A stretch of DNA of 48,760 nt from Cytophagaceae bacterium (GTDB lineage: Bacteria > Bacteroidota > Bacteroidia > Cytophagales > Flexibacteraceae): NCBI GenBank assembly GCA_947464365.1, contig CANHWS010000001.1, positions 1 through 48,760 on the forward strand. The letters are read 5' to 3'. This document shows, one piece after another, positions 7,509 through 16,647 of the stretch; position 1 is the first letter of the stretch; every line of letters begins with the position of its first letter. The notes below the pieces were generated by a model. That model did no database searches. It was not told where the DNA came from and saw only the letters and a program-made list of their open reading frames with translations. Both the position numbers and the translations under genes were made by a program.

Positions 7509-10016
7509 CTATTCAACCACGGCCCCATCGATGTTGTCAGGGTGGGTCTCGTCCTTGGTCGGGTCCGTCGGCGTGGTGCTGACGCTATCTTGACGTACTT
7601 CGGCCCGTGGCAGGATGGTCGTACACTGGTACTTACGGTTGATCGAGACATCAGCCTTCGGGAAGAAGCCCTCTGTGATGCCCAATTTGCGATCGGCATA
7701 AAGGCGCTCCATAAATAACCCATAGATGGGCAAAGCAGTTTTGCTACCCTCTCCCTGCCTAAGGGTTCTGAAGTGAATGCTGCGCTCTTCGGCACCAACC
7801 CATACCCCTGTCACTAGGTCCTTACTCATGCCCATGAACCAACCATCGCTTTGGTTGCTGCTAGTGCCCGTTTTGCCAGCAAGCTGGTTGTTCCGGAATA
7901 CTTGGTAAGACCAAAGGGCTTGGGCTGTGCCACCAGGCTCCTGCAGGGTTCCTTGTAGCATATAGACCATCAACCAAGCAGCTTCTTCGCTTAGGGCTTT
8001 GCTTTGTTTAGGCCTAAAATCCTTAATGACGTTACCGTTGTGGTCCTCTATGCGCGAAACAATAATAGGCTCCTGATGCACCCCCTTGTTGAGGAAGGTA
8101 GAATAAGCGCCCACCATATCAAACAGCGACACATCGTTACTACCAAGACCAATCGCAGGCCGTGGTTTTAATTTACCCTTGATGCCCATCTTCTTGGCGT
8201 ATTCAGCCACGACGGCAGCACCTTTAACGGGATCTCCGTTTCCAAGTAAGGAGGTCATTTGGGCAGCAATGCTATTAACCGAACGACCAATGCCAAAACG
8301 CAAGCTCATGTTAATGCCCGAAAAGTTCCCAGTCGCATTATGCGGAGACCAGCTGGTATCCACAATCCGCCCATCCGCCAAGGTATCACGATAACGCATA
8401 GTCACGGGGTTGTCCTGGATACGGAAACATGGGGCATAGCCCTTGTCCATTGCCGCCGCATAGACAAATGCCTTAAAAGTCGAGCCCGGCTGCCTTGCCA
8501 TCTGCTTTACGTGGTCGTACTTGAAATAGTTATAGTTAATCCCGCCGATCCAGGCCTTGATATGGCCCGTGAAAGGATCCATGGTCATCATGCCCGTGTT
8601 GAGGAGTCTTTTGTAATAGGCCAGACTATCCATGGTGCTCATCATGACTGTGTCACCACTTGGCTTTTTCCAGTTGAAGACCACAATCCGGTGTGGTTTA
8701 TTGAGGTAATACTGGATACTATCTGTCCGCTTGCCAAAACGGCGCACCAAAATCTTGTACGCATCGGTCCGCCGAACCATGTTGTCTAGGAAGTTAGGGA
8801 TCTCAACACCTTTTTCGTCAATCCAAGGATTTTCTCCACGCCAATGACCTTCAAAACGCCCTTGCAGAGAGGCCATGTGCTTGGCTACAGCTGCCTGCGC
8901 ATGCGCCTGCATCCTGCTGTCGATCGTCAGGTAAATCTTGAGTCCAGAGGTGTAGATGTCCAGATCAGTATTGGTTTCCTCACGGTACTCTTCAGCCCAA
9001 CCTTCCAGGAAATTGGTGAGGTACTGATTGTAATAGTCTAACACGCCATCTGGGTGGCCTTGGCGACCCTCGCCTTTCGGGTACGGAATCTTGATCTCCG
9101 AAATGCTATCTACTTGATGGTCCGTCAAGAAACCATACTTAACCATTTGGCGTAAGACCGTATTCCGGCGTTTGATAGCCCTATCGTAGTTCTTCTTAGG
9201 ATTGTAATTCGAGGTGGCTTTCAGCATGCCAATCAACAGAGCACATTCTTCGGCTTTGAGGCGTGCGGGTGTCGTGGCGAAATAATAGTCAGCCGCCGTC
9301 TTAATCCCGAAACAGTTATTCCCGAAGTCCACCGTGTTCAGGTAAAGCGTCAGGATCTCCTCTTTGGTAAAGGCTCGTTCTAGCTTTACAGACGTGATCC
9401 ACTCCTTTGTTTTGGTCACGACAGTGCTAACTAATGGGATGTAGGATAGCAGACCTCTCGAACTAAGCGAGCGGGTCTTGTACAGGTTTTTGGCCAGTTG
9501 TTGGGTGAGCGTACTACCACCACGTCCATCTCCTTTAATGGCAGAAACTGCGATGCCAACCAAAGCCGCTGGGTCCACCCCACTGTGGTCATAGAACCTG
9601 ATATCCTCGGTTGCCAACAGGGTTTTGATCAGCAATGGCGATATTTTATCATACTCGATCGGCGACCTGTTCTTCTTGAAGTACTTGCCAACCAAAACAC
9701 CATCCGAAGTAATGATGCTACTAGCTAGTTCTAGCTTCGGGCTCTGAAGTTTCTGGATGCTAGGACTGCTGCCAAATAACCAAAGCAGGTTAAAGTCCAC
9801 TGCCAACAGGTAGAGCGCAATACTGCCGACCATATAGCCTAAGCGTTTCCACCACATGATGGCGGCCCGTTGGGGTATGGTCATAGGGTCTGGCTCAGGG
9901 TTTGCGCCACCATAGCCAAGTTCTTTTGATGGTCTGCCACCAAACCTTGGCCACAACCTACCTAGTCGGAGCTGCCGCCAAATGACTTGCCAAAAAGAAC
10001 GCAAAAGTTGCCACAT
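7509..10016 (-). CDS. mrcA: Class A penicillin-binding protein (PBP1A; glycosyltransferase GT51 + transpeptidase)
   Basis: GT51 motifs EDIRFYDHSGVD and RGGSTLTQQLAKN. Transpeptidase motifs STFK (QPGSTFKAF), SxN (SWSPHN) and KTGTS. One TM helix (MVGSIALYLLAVDF). The start could instead be an internal Met (MTIPQ or MWWKR). Confidence 0.95.
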   Translation of the reverse strand: MWQLLRSFWQVIWRQLRLGRLWPRFGGRPSKELGYGGANPEPDPMTIPQRAAIMWWKRLGYMVGSIALYLLAVDFNLLWLFGSSPSIQKLQSPKLELASSIITSDGVLVGKYFKKNRSPIEYDKISPLLIKTLLATEDIRFYDHSGVDPAALVGIAVSAIKGDGRGGSTLTQQLAKNLYKTRSLSSRGLLSYIPLVSTVVTKTKEWITSVKLERAFTKEEILTLYLNTVDFGNNCFGIKTAADYYFATTPARLKAEECALLIGMLKATSNYNPKKNYDRAIKRRNTVLRQMVKYGFLTDHQVDSISEIKIPYPKGEGRQGHPDGVLDYYNQYLTNFLEGWAEEYREETNTDLDIYTSGLKIYLTIDSRMQAHAQAAVAKHMASLQGRFEGHWRGENPWIDEKGVEIPNFLDNMVRRTDAYKILVRRFGKRTDSIQYYLNKPHRIVVFNWKKPSGDTVMMSTMDSLAYYKRLLNTGMMTMDPFTGHIKAWIGGINYNYFKYDHVKQMARQPGSTFKAFVYAAAMDKGYAPCFRIQDNPVTMRYRDTLADGRIVDTSWSPHNATGNFSGINMSLRFGIGRSVNSIAAQMTSLLGNGDPVKGAAVVAEYAKKMGIKGKLKPRPAIGLGSNDVSLFDMVGAYSTFLNKGVHQEPIIVSRIEDHNGNVIKDFRPKQSKALSEEAAWLMVYMLQGTLQEPGGTAQALWSYQVFRNNQLAGKTGTSSNQSDGWFMGMSKDLVTGVWVGAEERSIHFRTLRQGEGSKTALPIYGLFMERLYADRKLGITEGFFPKADVSINRKYQCTTILPRAEVRQDSVSTTPTDPTKDETHPDNIDGAVVE

Positions 10017-10086
10017 GGGCGCTGCTGAAAATGGAGTAATGATGAGGGTGGACTGATCGAGCCTGAGTGCGGCGGGATTCTCGTGC

Positions 10087-10094
10087 CAAAGCTA
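10087..10094 (-). promoter_or_regulatory. Possible -7 box (TAGCTTTG on the minus strand) upstream of the PBP gene
   Basis: The plus strand reads CAAAGCTA, 71 nt upstream of the ATG at 10016. There is no convincing -33 element. Confidence 0.25.
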
Positions 10095-10229
10095 AATCCA
10101 TGCTTAACCGCTTTCGGTCCTGCATGAAGTTTCAATAAGCGGAAGTCCGTAGGCAATACTAAGGTATGCTTAGCAGATTTGGTACCACCATAGCCGATCA
10201 GAACCCAAAAAAACTTGGTAAGGATCCAC

Positions 10230-10580
10230 TTAGGCCATCAACTTGTTGTTGTCATCGGGGAAAATGATGGTAGGCTCGTGTTGTTTGGCCTCTTCAAAGT
10301 CCATTGTGGCATAACTCACGATGATGACAACATCGCCGACTTGGCAGAGACGAGCAGCTGGCCCATTGAGACAAATTGTCCCTGTGCCGCGCTCCCCACG
10401 GATAATATAAGTCTCTAGGCGTTCGCCATTGTTGACATTAACGACCTGGACCTTCTCGTGCGGGATCATATTAGCTGCATCCAACAGATCTTGGTCAATC
10501 GTGATGCTGCCGACATAATGTAGCTCCGCTTGGGTGATGGTTGCGCGGTGGATTTTGGACTTGAGAACCTGAATTTGCAT
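10230..10580 (-). CDS. panD: Aspartate 1-decarboxylase proenzyme
   Basis: [33 protein letters not shown] contains the Gly-Ser self-cleavage site. The 116-aa length is typical. Confidence 0.97.
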   Translation of the reverse strand: MQIQVLKSKIHRATITQAELHYVGSITIDQDLLDAANMIPHEKVQVVNVNNGERLETYIIRGERGTGTICLNGPAARLCQVGDVVIIVSYATMDFEEAKQHEPTIIFPDDNNKLMA

Positions 10581-10772
10581 AAAATTGGCCCCTATTAGGG
10601 CCCAAGGTTAAGAGAGAGGGGGGGAAGGGCTATCTAAGCCTTATGGCCTAATTGTGATTATATAGGCAGGTGAGGTTATGACCCCTTCCGATCTGGTATC
10701 TGGTACTGAACTATGGCCTGCAAAGTTTCGCCAAATATTGAGGACTGCCAAACTTGCGCCGTAATATCTGAT

Positions 10773-11666
10773 CTATTTGGGCGCAATGATCAGGTTGTCG
10801 ATAAGCCGCACACCATCCAGCCAGACAGCAATCAACACAACAGCACCAGCTGAAGGGTCTGGTTGCTGAATCGGAGCTAGATCTTGAGGGTGAACCAATG
10901 CCAAATAATCAACCTGAAAATCAGGATCAGCTAAATGTTTGGTGATGGCCTCTTGGCAGGCTTGATCTGCCGAGACCCTCGTGGCAAGCTCTGCTACTGA
11001 TTGCAGGGCCTGATAAAGTGCTGGGGCCTTAGCACGAGCTTTGGCAGATAAACGCACATTGCGTGACGACATCGCTAAGCCATCAGGCTCACGCATCGTT
11101 GGTACCCCGACCACGGCAAGGTCAAAATCCAACAAGGTGACCAATTGCCGCACAACGGCTAGCTGTTGGTAGTCCTTTTGACCCATGTAAACATGCGTTG
11201 GGCGCAGGATATGAAACAGCTTGGATAGCACCAATGCAACGCCGCTAAAGTGCCCAGGGCGACTGCTACCCTCCCAGCGATCATCAAGGCCTGCAAAGCG
11301 GAACTCAATGAGGGCACCAGGTTTGCCACTTCCGCCTTGTTTGCCATAGATCTCATCGGCACTAGGCATAAAAGCAACATCACAGCCAGCACCAGCTAGT
11401 AGATTGATGTCTTGCTCTGGCGTCGATGGGTATTTATCAAAATCCGTAACGTCGTTAAACTGAGTCGGATTGACAAAAACACTTGCCACCACCATATCAC
11501 AGGTTGCTTTGGCAGCAGACACCAAGCTAAGATGCCCCGCATGTAAGGCGCCCATGGTGGGCACGAACCCGATATGGCTACTCAAATGGCCATGTTGGGC
11601 AAAATAGGCCTTGCGGTGTGCATCAAGCAGGTGTTGGAGGTCGGCCTTGGTTCGGACTACTTGCAC
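10773..11666 (-). CDS. panC: Pantoate--beta-alanine ligase
   Basis: Motifs GFVPTMGALHAGHLSLV, FVNPTQF and YMGQKDYQQ. The track start at 11729 is a TTG lying inside a T-run. I prefer the GTG at 11666 (VQVVRTKADL), which gives a typical length. Confidence 0.92.
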   Translation of the reverse strand: MQVVRTKADLQHLLDAHRKAYFAQHGHLSSHIGFVPTMGALHAGHLSLVSAAKATCDMVVASVFVNPTQFNDVTDFDKYPSTPEQDINLLAGAGCDVAFMPSADEIYGKQGGSGKPGALIEFRFAGLDDRWEGSSRPGHFSGVALVLSKLFHILRPTHVYMGQKDYQQLAVVRQLVTLLDFDLAVVGVPTMREPDGLAMSSRNVRLSAKARAKAPALYQALQSVAELATRVSADQACQEAITKHLADPDFQVDYLALVHPQDLAPIQQPDPSAGAVVLIAVWLDGVRLIDNLIIAPK

Positions 11667-11727
11667 TGACAAAAGGATTAGGTCGGGACGTGGCTGGCAA
11701 GTAAGGCATCGTTTACCGATTGACCAC

Positions 11728-11761
11728 AAAAAAACTAAAAATGGGCTGTATCAATCAGCCC
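11728..11761 (-). terminator. Terminator-like hairpin with T-tract on the minus strand, just upstream of panC
   Basis: The minus strand reads GGGCTG-attgata-CAGCCC followed by ATTTTTAGTTTTTTT. No CDS lies upstream of it on that strand. Confidence 0.45.
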
Positions 11762-12216
11762 AAGACCTTGTCAATTGGCACTTCATAAGCCGGAGATGGA
11801 TATTTTGCGACGCTAACCAACTTACCCGCAGGATAATCATGCCGATTCAATAGCAACAACCAATACAGCATACCTATCTGCCCCATAAGTATCAATCAAT
11901 TGGCTGACAGTAAATCAATTAGTGACGGTGTACCTGACAACATTAAGCCAATAGGAGGCAAGCAAGGAAAACAGCGAGCCACCCTATCAAATGTATCATT
12001 AGGTCATCCGTCAACCTCACCAGACCCCATAGGAGACCAGAACTTGGCCACGACAACTGAGGCGGCCTATTTAGGGCTGAAAATTGAATAGTCAACACCT
12101 TTGCTTACAAAAATTTTATGACATATCAAATGGTTCTGACAAAATAATTTAGACCCCAAAACAAGTCTCGGCAAATAATCTTTGCCCTCTTGTTGCCAGA
12201 TTAGATAATATTTACT

Positions 12217-12224
12217 TAATTTTG
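12217..12224 (+). promoter_or_regulatory. Bacteroidota-type -7 box (TAATTTTG) with a TTG about 22 nt upstream, for the glycogen-synthase-like gene
   Basis: TAATTTTG lies 43 nt upstream of the ATG at 12267. A TTG is present at 12192-12194. Confidence 0.45.
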
Positions 12225-12266
12225 TGTCGCAATTCCCGTGTGGGAATCTTAACAACCAATACGTCT

Positions 12267-13094
12267 ATGTCTAAGTTACGCATCCTGTATGTTGCAAGTG
12301 AAATAGATCCCTTCCTTTGCACCACCCAAGCTGCAGAATTCTTACGAAAGTTACCCCAGGCCATGCAAGAGCGTGGTATGGAGATCCGGATTCTGGTCCC
12401 GCGGTTTGGTTTGATCAATGAGCGTAAAAACAGATTACACGAAGTCGTCCGCCTTTCGGGCATCAACATCACAGTTGGTGAGGAAGAAAAACCACTCGTG
12501 ATCAAAGTTGCCAGTATCCCGAATGCCAAGCTCCAGGTTTACTTCATTGACAACGAAGACTATTTCCACCGGAAGAATGTGTTCCACGACAATGACAACA
12601 TCTTCTTCAGCGACAATGACGAGCGTGCTATCTTCTTCTGCAAAGGCGTCCTCGAGACCGTCAAGAAGCTAGGTTGGAGCCCTGACATCGTCCATTGCAA
12701 CGACTGGATGACGAGCCTAATCCCTCTCTACCTAAAGACGACCTACAAACTGGACCCTGTTTTTAAGGACACAAAGTCTATCTTTGGCGTTTACAATAAC
12801 AACTTCGACCACAAGTTTGAGGGCAATTTGCTCGAGAAAGTCCGGATGATGGACATCGATGACAGCATGTTGTCAAGCCTAGAGTCGGCTGACTTTGAAG
12901 GCTTTATGCGGATCGGGATGGACTTTGCGGATGTCGTGATCAGGGCCAACGAACAATATAGCGAAAAGCTAGAGCGTTTGTTTAGTGCTGTGGATGGTGG
13001 CAAGCAGGTCGAGAGCATCCTGACCGATAACCAGGGCGAAAACGACAACTATGCGGATACCTATTACAATCTTTACAACACTTTGGCCAACTAG
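12267..13094 (+). CDS. Short glycogen/starch-synthase-like protein (GT5 N-terminal domain only; Bacteroidota-specific form)
   Basis: MSKLRILYVASEIDPF..., NERKNRLHEVVRLSG, VYFIDNEDYF and DNDERAIFFCKGVLETVKKLGWSPDIVHCNDWMTSLIPLYLK match the roughly 270-aa Bacteroidota glycogen synthase family. At 275 aa it lacks the C-terminal Rossmann half. Confidence 0.85.
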   Translation: MSKLRILYVASEIDPFLCTTQAAEFLRKLPQAMQERGMEIRILVPRFGLINERKNRLHEVVRLSGINITVGEEEKPLVIKVASIPNAKLQVYFIDNEDYFHRKNVFHDNDNIFFSDNDERAIFFCKGVLETVKKLGWSPDIVHCNDWMTSLIPLYLKTTYKLDPVFKDTKSIFGVYNNNFDHKFEGNLLEKVRMMDIDDSMLSSLESADFEGFMRIGMDFADVVIRANEQYSEKLERLFSAVDGGKQVESILTDNQGENDNYADTYYNLYNTLAN

Positions 13095-13113
13095 GCCTAC
13101 CAACATTTTGACT

Positions 13114-13150
13114 AGGTCAGTGCCCTCGCGGGCATTGGCCTTTTGTTTTT
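13114..13150 (+). terminator. Strong rho-independent terminator between the glycogen-synthase-like gene and the next CDS
   Basis: 12-bp stem AGGTCAGTGCCC / GGGCATTGGCCT (two G-U pairs) with loop TCGC, then TTTGTTTTT. It ends 3 nt before the ATG at 13153. Confidence 0.7.
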
Positions 13151-13152
13151 AT

Positions 13153-14457
13153 ATGCCAGCTCCGAAATTAGTTGCCATCTTAATTGTGGCCATCATGGGC
13201 CTCCAGGCCTGCCAACAACAGCCACCCGAAACATTTGGTGCCCTCACTGCCACCGAAGCTGACCTAACAAACGCCTCCCTCGACTCGCTTGAGGTGCAGG
13301 GCTCAACCATCCAGATCGATAGTGTCGCGACGGGTAACATCAGTTACATCCAGTTCGGAAAAGTCAATCACCCTTGGTTTGGCAACCTCGAGACGCGTAG
13401 TGTCGTCGAGATACGCCCCAATAGTGGCGCCAACCTAGAGCCGATTCAGACAGTAGACTCTGTAATGCTCAGCATGACACTCAATAGGCTCAGCGGAGAC
13501 ACCACCCAACCCCTCGTAATCGATATTTTTCAGGCGGACTCGGTCCCACAATACACGACCTCTTATCGGTCATTACGCCCAATAAACTACGCGCGCAACA
13601 CCAACCCCATTGCCAACTTCACGGTCCAAAACACTGGTTACAGGACAGAGGCAACTACCAAAATCAAAGTAAATGTTAGCTACCAGCTCGCTGGGTTAAT
13701 CAAACTTAATAGCGACTCCTTAGACTATACCAACCCAGATAAATTCTCAAGACTGTTACGTGGTTTGGTCTTTGTGCCCCGTACGGGCAACCAAATCGTC
13801 ACAGTTGATATGTCAACCTACAGCATGGTGCTGTACTACAAAAACACCGACGGCCTTTCTAAGGTCTATTTCTTCAATTATGGCCTAGCCTCTGGGCATT
13901 TCACGCAGGTGATTAGCTCGCGCGCAGGTAGTCCTTTCGAGAGCCTCAACCGCACTGGCGCCATCATGCCCGCCAACACTGCAAATGATAGCTCAGTCCT
14001 AATTCAAGGAGGGTCTGGCCTACGTGCCCTGCTCAAAATTCCTACGCTAACTAGCTATTACAACCAGCTCTCAAGTCGCCTTGGCAAGATCATCGTGTTA
14101 AAGGCCGAGTTGGTGATGCCTACCCAGATCAGCACCATCGCCAACTTTAATAATAAACCTTACCTGTATTACTTGTTACAAGGCAGTGCCATCGATCGCC
14201 CTTCGGAGTTCATTTACAACGACAACAGGCGCGGACTTGCCTCAGGATACTCCCAGTTCAACTTTGCTAGTACGGACCAATTGCTGAAGGCAGACATCAC
14301 GACCTATATCCAAAAGGTTTTCAGAGGCAACTACCAGAACCAGGGCATTTTGTTCTACCTAGGCGAAAGTGACATCACGACCAGTTTTGTCAGGCTAAAG
14401 GCGGGCTCGGGAAACAATGGTATCCGGCTCAAGATCTATTATATCAAGCAGCCATAG
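13153..14457 (+). CDS. Lipoprotein, DUF4270-like (assignment by synteny)
   Basis: Lipoprotein signal MPAPKLVAILIVAIMGLQAC. A gene of this size sits between the short glycogen synthase and glmS in many Bacteroidota, where it is annotated DUF4270. I cannot verify the domain without an HMM. Confidence 0.6.
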   Translation: MPAPKLVAILIVAIMGLQACQQQPPETFGALTATEADLTNASLDSLEVQGSTIQIDSVATGNISYIQFGKVNHPWFGNLETRSVVEIRPNSGANLEPIQTVDSVMLSMTLNRLSGDTTQPLVIDIFQADSVPQYTTSYRSLRPINYARNTNPIANFTVQNTGYRTEATTKIKVNVSYQLAGLIKLNSDSLDYTNPDKFSRLLRGLVFVPRTGNQIVTVDMSTYSMVLYYKNTDGLSKVYFFNYGLASGHFTQVISSRAGSPFESLNRTGAIMPANTANDSSVLIQGGSGLRALLKIPTLTSYYNQLSSRLGKIIVLKAELVMPTQISTIANFNNKPYLYYLLQGSAIDRPSEFIYNDNRRGLASGYSQFNFASTDQLLKADITTYIQKVFRGNYQNQGILFYLGESDITTSFVRLKAGSGNNGIRLKIYYIKQP

Positions 14458-14645
14458 CAGCCAGTCCTATGCAGTATGCAGGGTAAGACAGCCAAATCCG
14501 TAAGGAATATCTGCCCGAAAACTCCGTTATTGCAATCAGCTTTAAGTTTGCGCCTACCCGAGGTTGGTCTTCTGGATCATTCTCTCGGTCTTGGTAGGTG
14601 CGTCCTTACGGCAGACCCGTCTTTCAACACTCACTAGCAAAGCCC

Positions 14646-16481
14646 ATGTGCGGAATTGTTGCTTATGTAGGCCATCGTCAGGCCTACCCTATTATTTTAA
14701 AAGGCCTCAAACGGTTAGAGTACCGTGGCTACGATAGTGCTGGCATCGCCCTACTGAATGGCGGTCTCAATGTCTACAAAAAACGCGGCAAAGTCGCCGA
14801 CCTCGAAAATCACTTAGCTGACGAGTCGCTTAATAGCACCATTGGCATAGGCCATACCCGTTGGGCCACCCATGGGGAGCCAAATGACATCAATGCCCAC
14901 CCTCACTATAGCAGTGACGAAAAACTAGCCATCATCCACAATGGCATCATCGAGAACTATGCCTCCCTCAAGAAGGAGCTAGAAGATCGTGGCCATGTGT
15001 TCAGGAGCCAAACAGACTCCGAAGTGTTTATCCACTTCATCGAGGACATCTATAACAATAATGACATTGAGCTAGAAGAGGCAGTTCGCATTGCCCTTAG
15101 CAAGGTCATCGGAGCTTATGCCATCGTCATCATGGATAGCTCAGAGCCAGACAAACTCATTGCAGCCCGCAAAGGCAGCCCAATGGTGTTTGGTATTGGC
15201 GAGAACGAGTTCTTTATCGCCAGCGATGCCACCCCAATCATCGAGTACACCAACAAGGTAGTTTACCTTAATGACTACGAAATTGTTGTCGTCAAGGGTG
15301 GTGAGTTCAGCATTAAGTCCATCGAGAACGAGGTAATGACCCCGTACATTCATGAGCTTGACCTGAAACTAGAAAGCATCGAGAAAGGTGGCTTTGACCA
15401 CTTTATGCTCAAAGAAATCTATGAGCAACCTCGCAGCATTGCCGACTGTCTTCGTGGTCGGTTGGTCAGCAGCCAAGGCCATTTGGTTCTAGGCGGCCTG
15501 ATCGAGCACATGAACAAGATCGTGAATGCGGATCGCATCATGATCGTTGCCTGTGGCACTAGCTGGCATGCTGGCCTAGTGGCCGAGTATGTGATCGAGG
15601 AGCTGACCCGCATCCCGGTAGAAGTAGAATACGCCTCAGAGTTCCGGTATCGTAACCCGATCATCCGTGAAAATGACGTTGTCATTGCTATTTCCCAAAG
15701 TGGCGAAACCGCCGATACCTTGGCCGCCATCGAGCTGGCCAAAAGCAAAGGAGCATTCATCTTTGGTGTTTGCAACGTAGTCGGCAGCAGCATAGCACGT
15801 GCCACCCATGCTGGTGCTTACACCCATGCAGGTCCTGAAATCGGTGTTGCCAGTACTAAAGCCTTCACCGCCCAAGTCACCGTCCTGACAATGATGGCCC
15901 TGATGATTGCCGAAAAACGTGGCACCATCTCTGCCTCAACGTTCCACGCCATCTTGGCTGACCTCGAGTCTATCCCGCAAAAGGTAGAGCGAGCCCTCAA
16001 GCTAGATGGTCAGATCAAGGCCATTGCCGAAATGGTCGCAAGCTCCAACAACGCCTTGTACCTAGGCCGTGGCTACAACTTCCCTGTTGCGTTGGAGGGT
16101 GCCCTCAAACTCAAGGAAATCAGCTACATCCATGCCGAAGGCTACCCAGCTGCCGAGATGAAACATGGCCCTATCGCCTTGATCGATGAGGAAATGCCAG
16201 TATTCGTGATTGCAACCCATGATAGCGGCTACGAGAAAATTGTGAGCAACATTCAGGAGGTGAAGGCCCGCAAAGGCAAGGTTATCGCCGTCGTGACCGA
16301 GGGTGACACCCTTGTGCAATCCATGGCTGACTACACCATCCAGGTGCCTGACACGAACGAAATCCTGATGCCATTGGTGTCAGTGATCCCCCTGCAATTG
16401 CTGAGCTATCACGTTGCTGTCATCCGTGGCTGCAATGTTGATCAACCTCGTAACTTGGCCAAAAGCGTCACAGTCGAGTAG
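14646..16481 (+). CDS. glmS: Glutamine--fructose-6-phosphate aminotransferase (isomerising)
   Basis: N-terminal nucleophile MCGIVAYVG, then GHTRWATHG and two SIS domains (SQSGETADT). The C-terminus is LAKSVTVE. The ATG at 14646 places Cys at position 2. Confidence 0.98.
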   Translation: MCGIVAYVGHRQAYPIILKGLKRLEYRGYDSAGIALLNGGLNVYKKRGKVADLENHLADESLNSTIGIGHTRWATHGEPNDINAHPHYSSDEKLAIIHNGIIENYASLKKELEDRGHVFRSQTDSEVFIHFIEDIYNNNDIELEEAVRIALSKVIGAYAIVIMDSSEPDKLIAARKGSPMVFGIGENEFFIASDATPIIEYTNKVVYLNDYEIVVVKGGEFSIKSIENEVMTPYIHELDLKLESIEKGGFDHFMLKEIYEQPRSIADCLRGRLVSSQGHLVLGGLIEHMNKIVNADRIMIVACGTSWHAGLVAEYVIEELTRIPVEVEYASEFRYRNPIIRENDVVIAISQSGETADTLAAIELAKSKGAFIFGVCNVVGSSIARATHAGAYTHAGPEIGVASTKAFTAQVTVLTMMALMIAEKRGTISASTFHAILADLESIPQKVERALKLDGQIKAIAEMVASSNNALYLGRGYNFPVALEGALKLKEISYIHAEGYPAAEMKHGPIALIDEEMPVFVIATHDSGYEKIVSNIQEVKARKGKVIAVVTEGDTLVQSMADYTIQVPDTNEILMPLVSVIPLQLLSYHVAVIRGCNVDQPRNLAKSVTVE

Positions 16482-16514
16482 TCAAGGCCAATGCCTTTAT
16501 GTATCCAAACAAAC

Positions 16515-16549
16515 AAGCCAAGGACATCCTCCTTGGCTTCTTTGTTTTT
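16515..16549. terminator. Bidirectional terminator (glmS / convergent membrane operon)
   Basis: Stem AAGCCAAGGA / TCCTTGGCTT (10 bp) with loop CATCC, followed by CTTTGTTTTT and preceded by an A-rich run. Confidence 0.8.
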
Positions 16550-16647
16550 GAGCTACATCTGCCTAAGACCTAGCATTGAATTATTGTATTTAGCCCTAGG
16601 TTTTGCCCTAGGGGTTAATTGTGGATTTAACAGTCATGGCCCATCAC

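Noticed and set aside
8259-8789. 176-aa plus-strand ORF inside the PBP1A gene
   Set aside because: It is an antisense shadow ORF with no recognisable motifs, and the PBP frame carries all conserved motifs.
11900-12091. 63-aa ORF in the panC / glycogen-synthase intergenic region
   Set aside because: It starts at a TTG, has a hydrophilic low-complexity sequence and no motifs. I treat the region as non-coding or regulatory.
12212-12529. 105-aa minus-strand ORF overlapping the start of the glycogen-synthase-like gene
   Set aside because: It is antisense to a well-supported CDS and spans its promoter, with no motifs.
14458-14645. Possible glmS ribozyme in the 188-nt region upstream of glmS
   Set aside because: I could not find the conserved glmS ribozyme core segments. 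That ribozyme is known mainly from Firmicutes and a few other Gram-positive-type lineages, not Bacteroidota. Only a weak imperfect hairpin is present.
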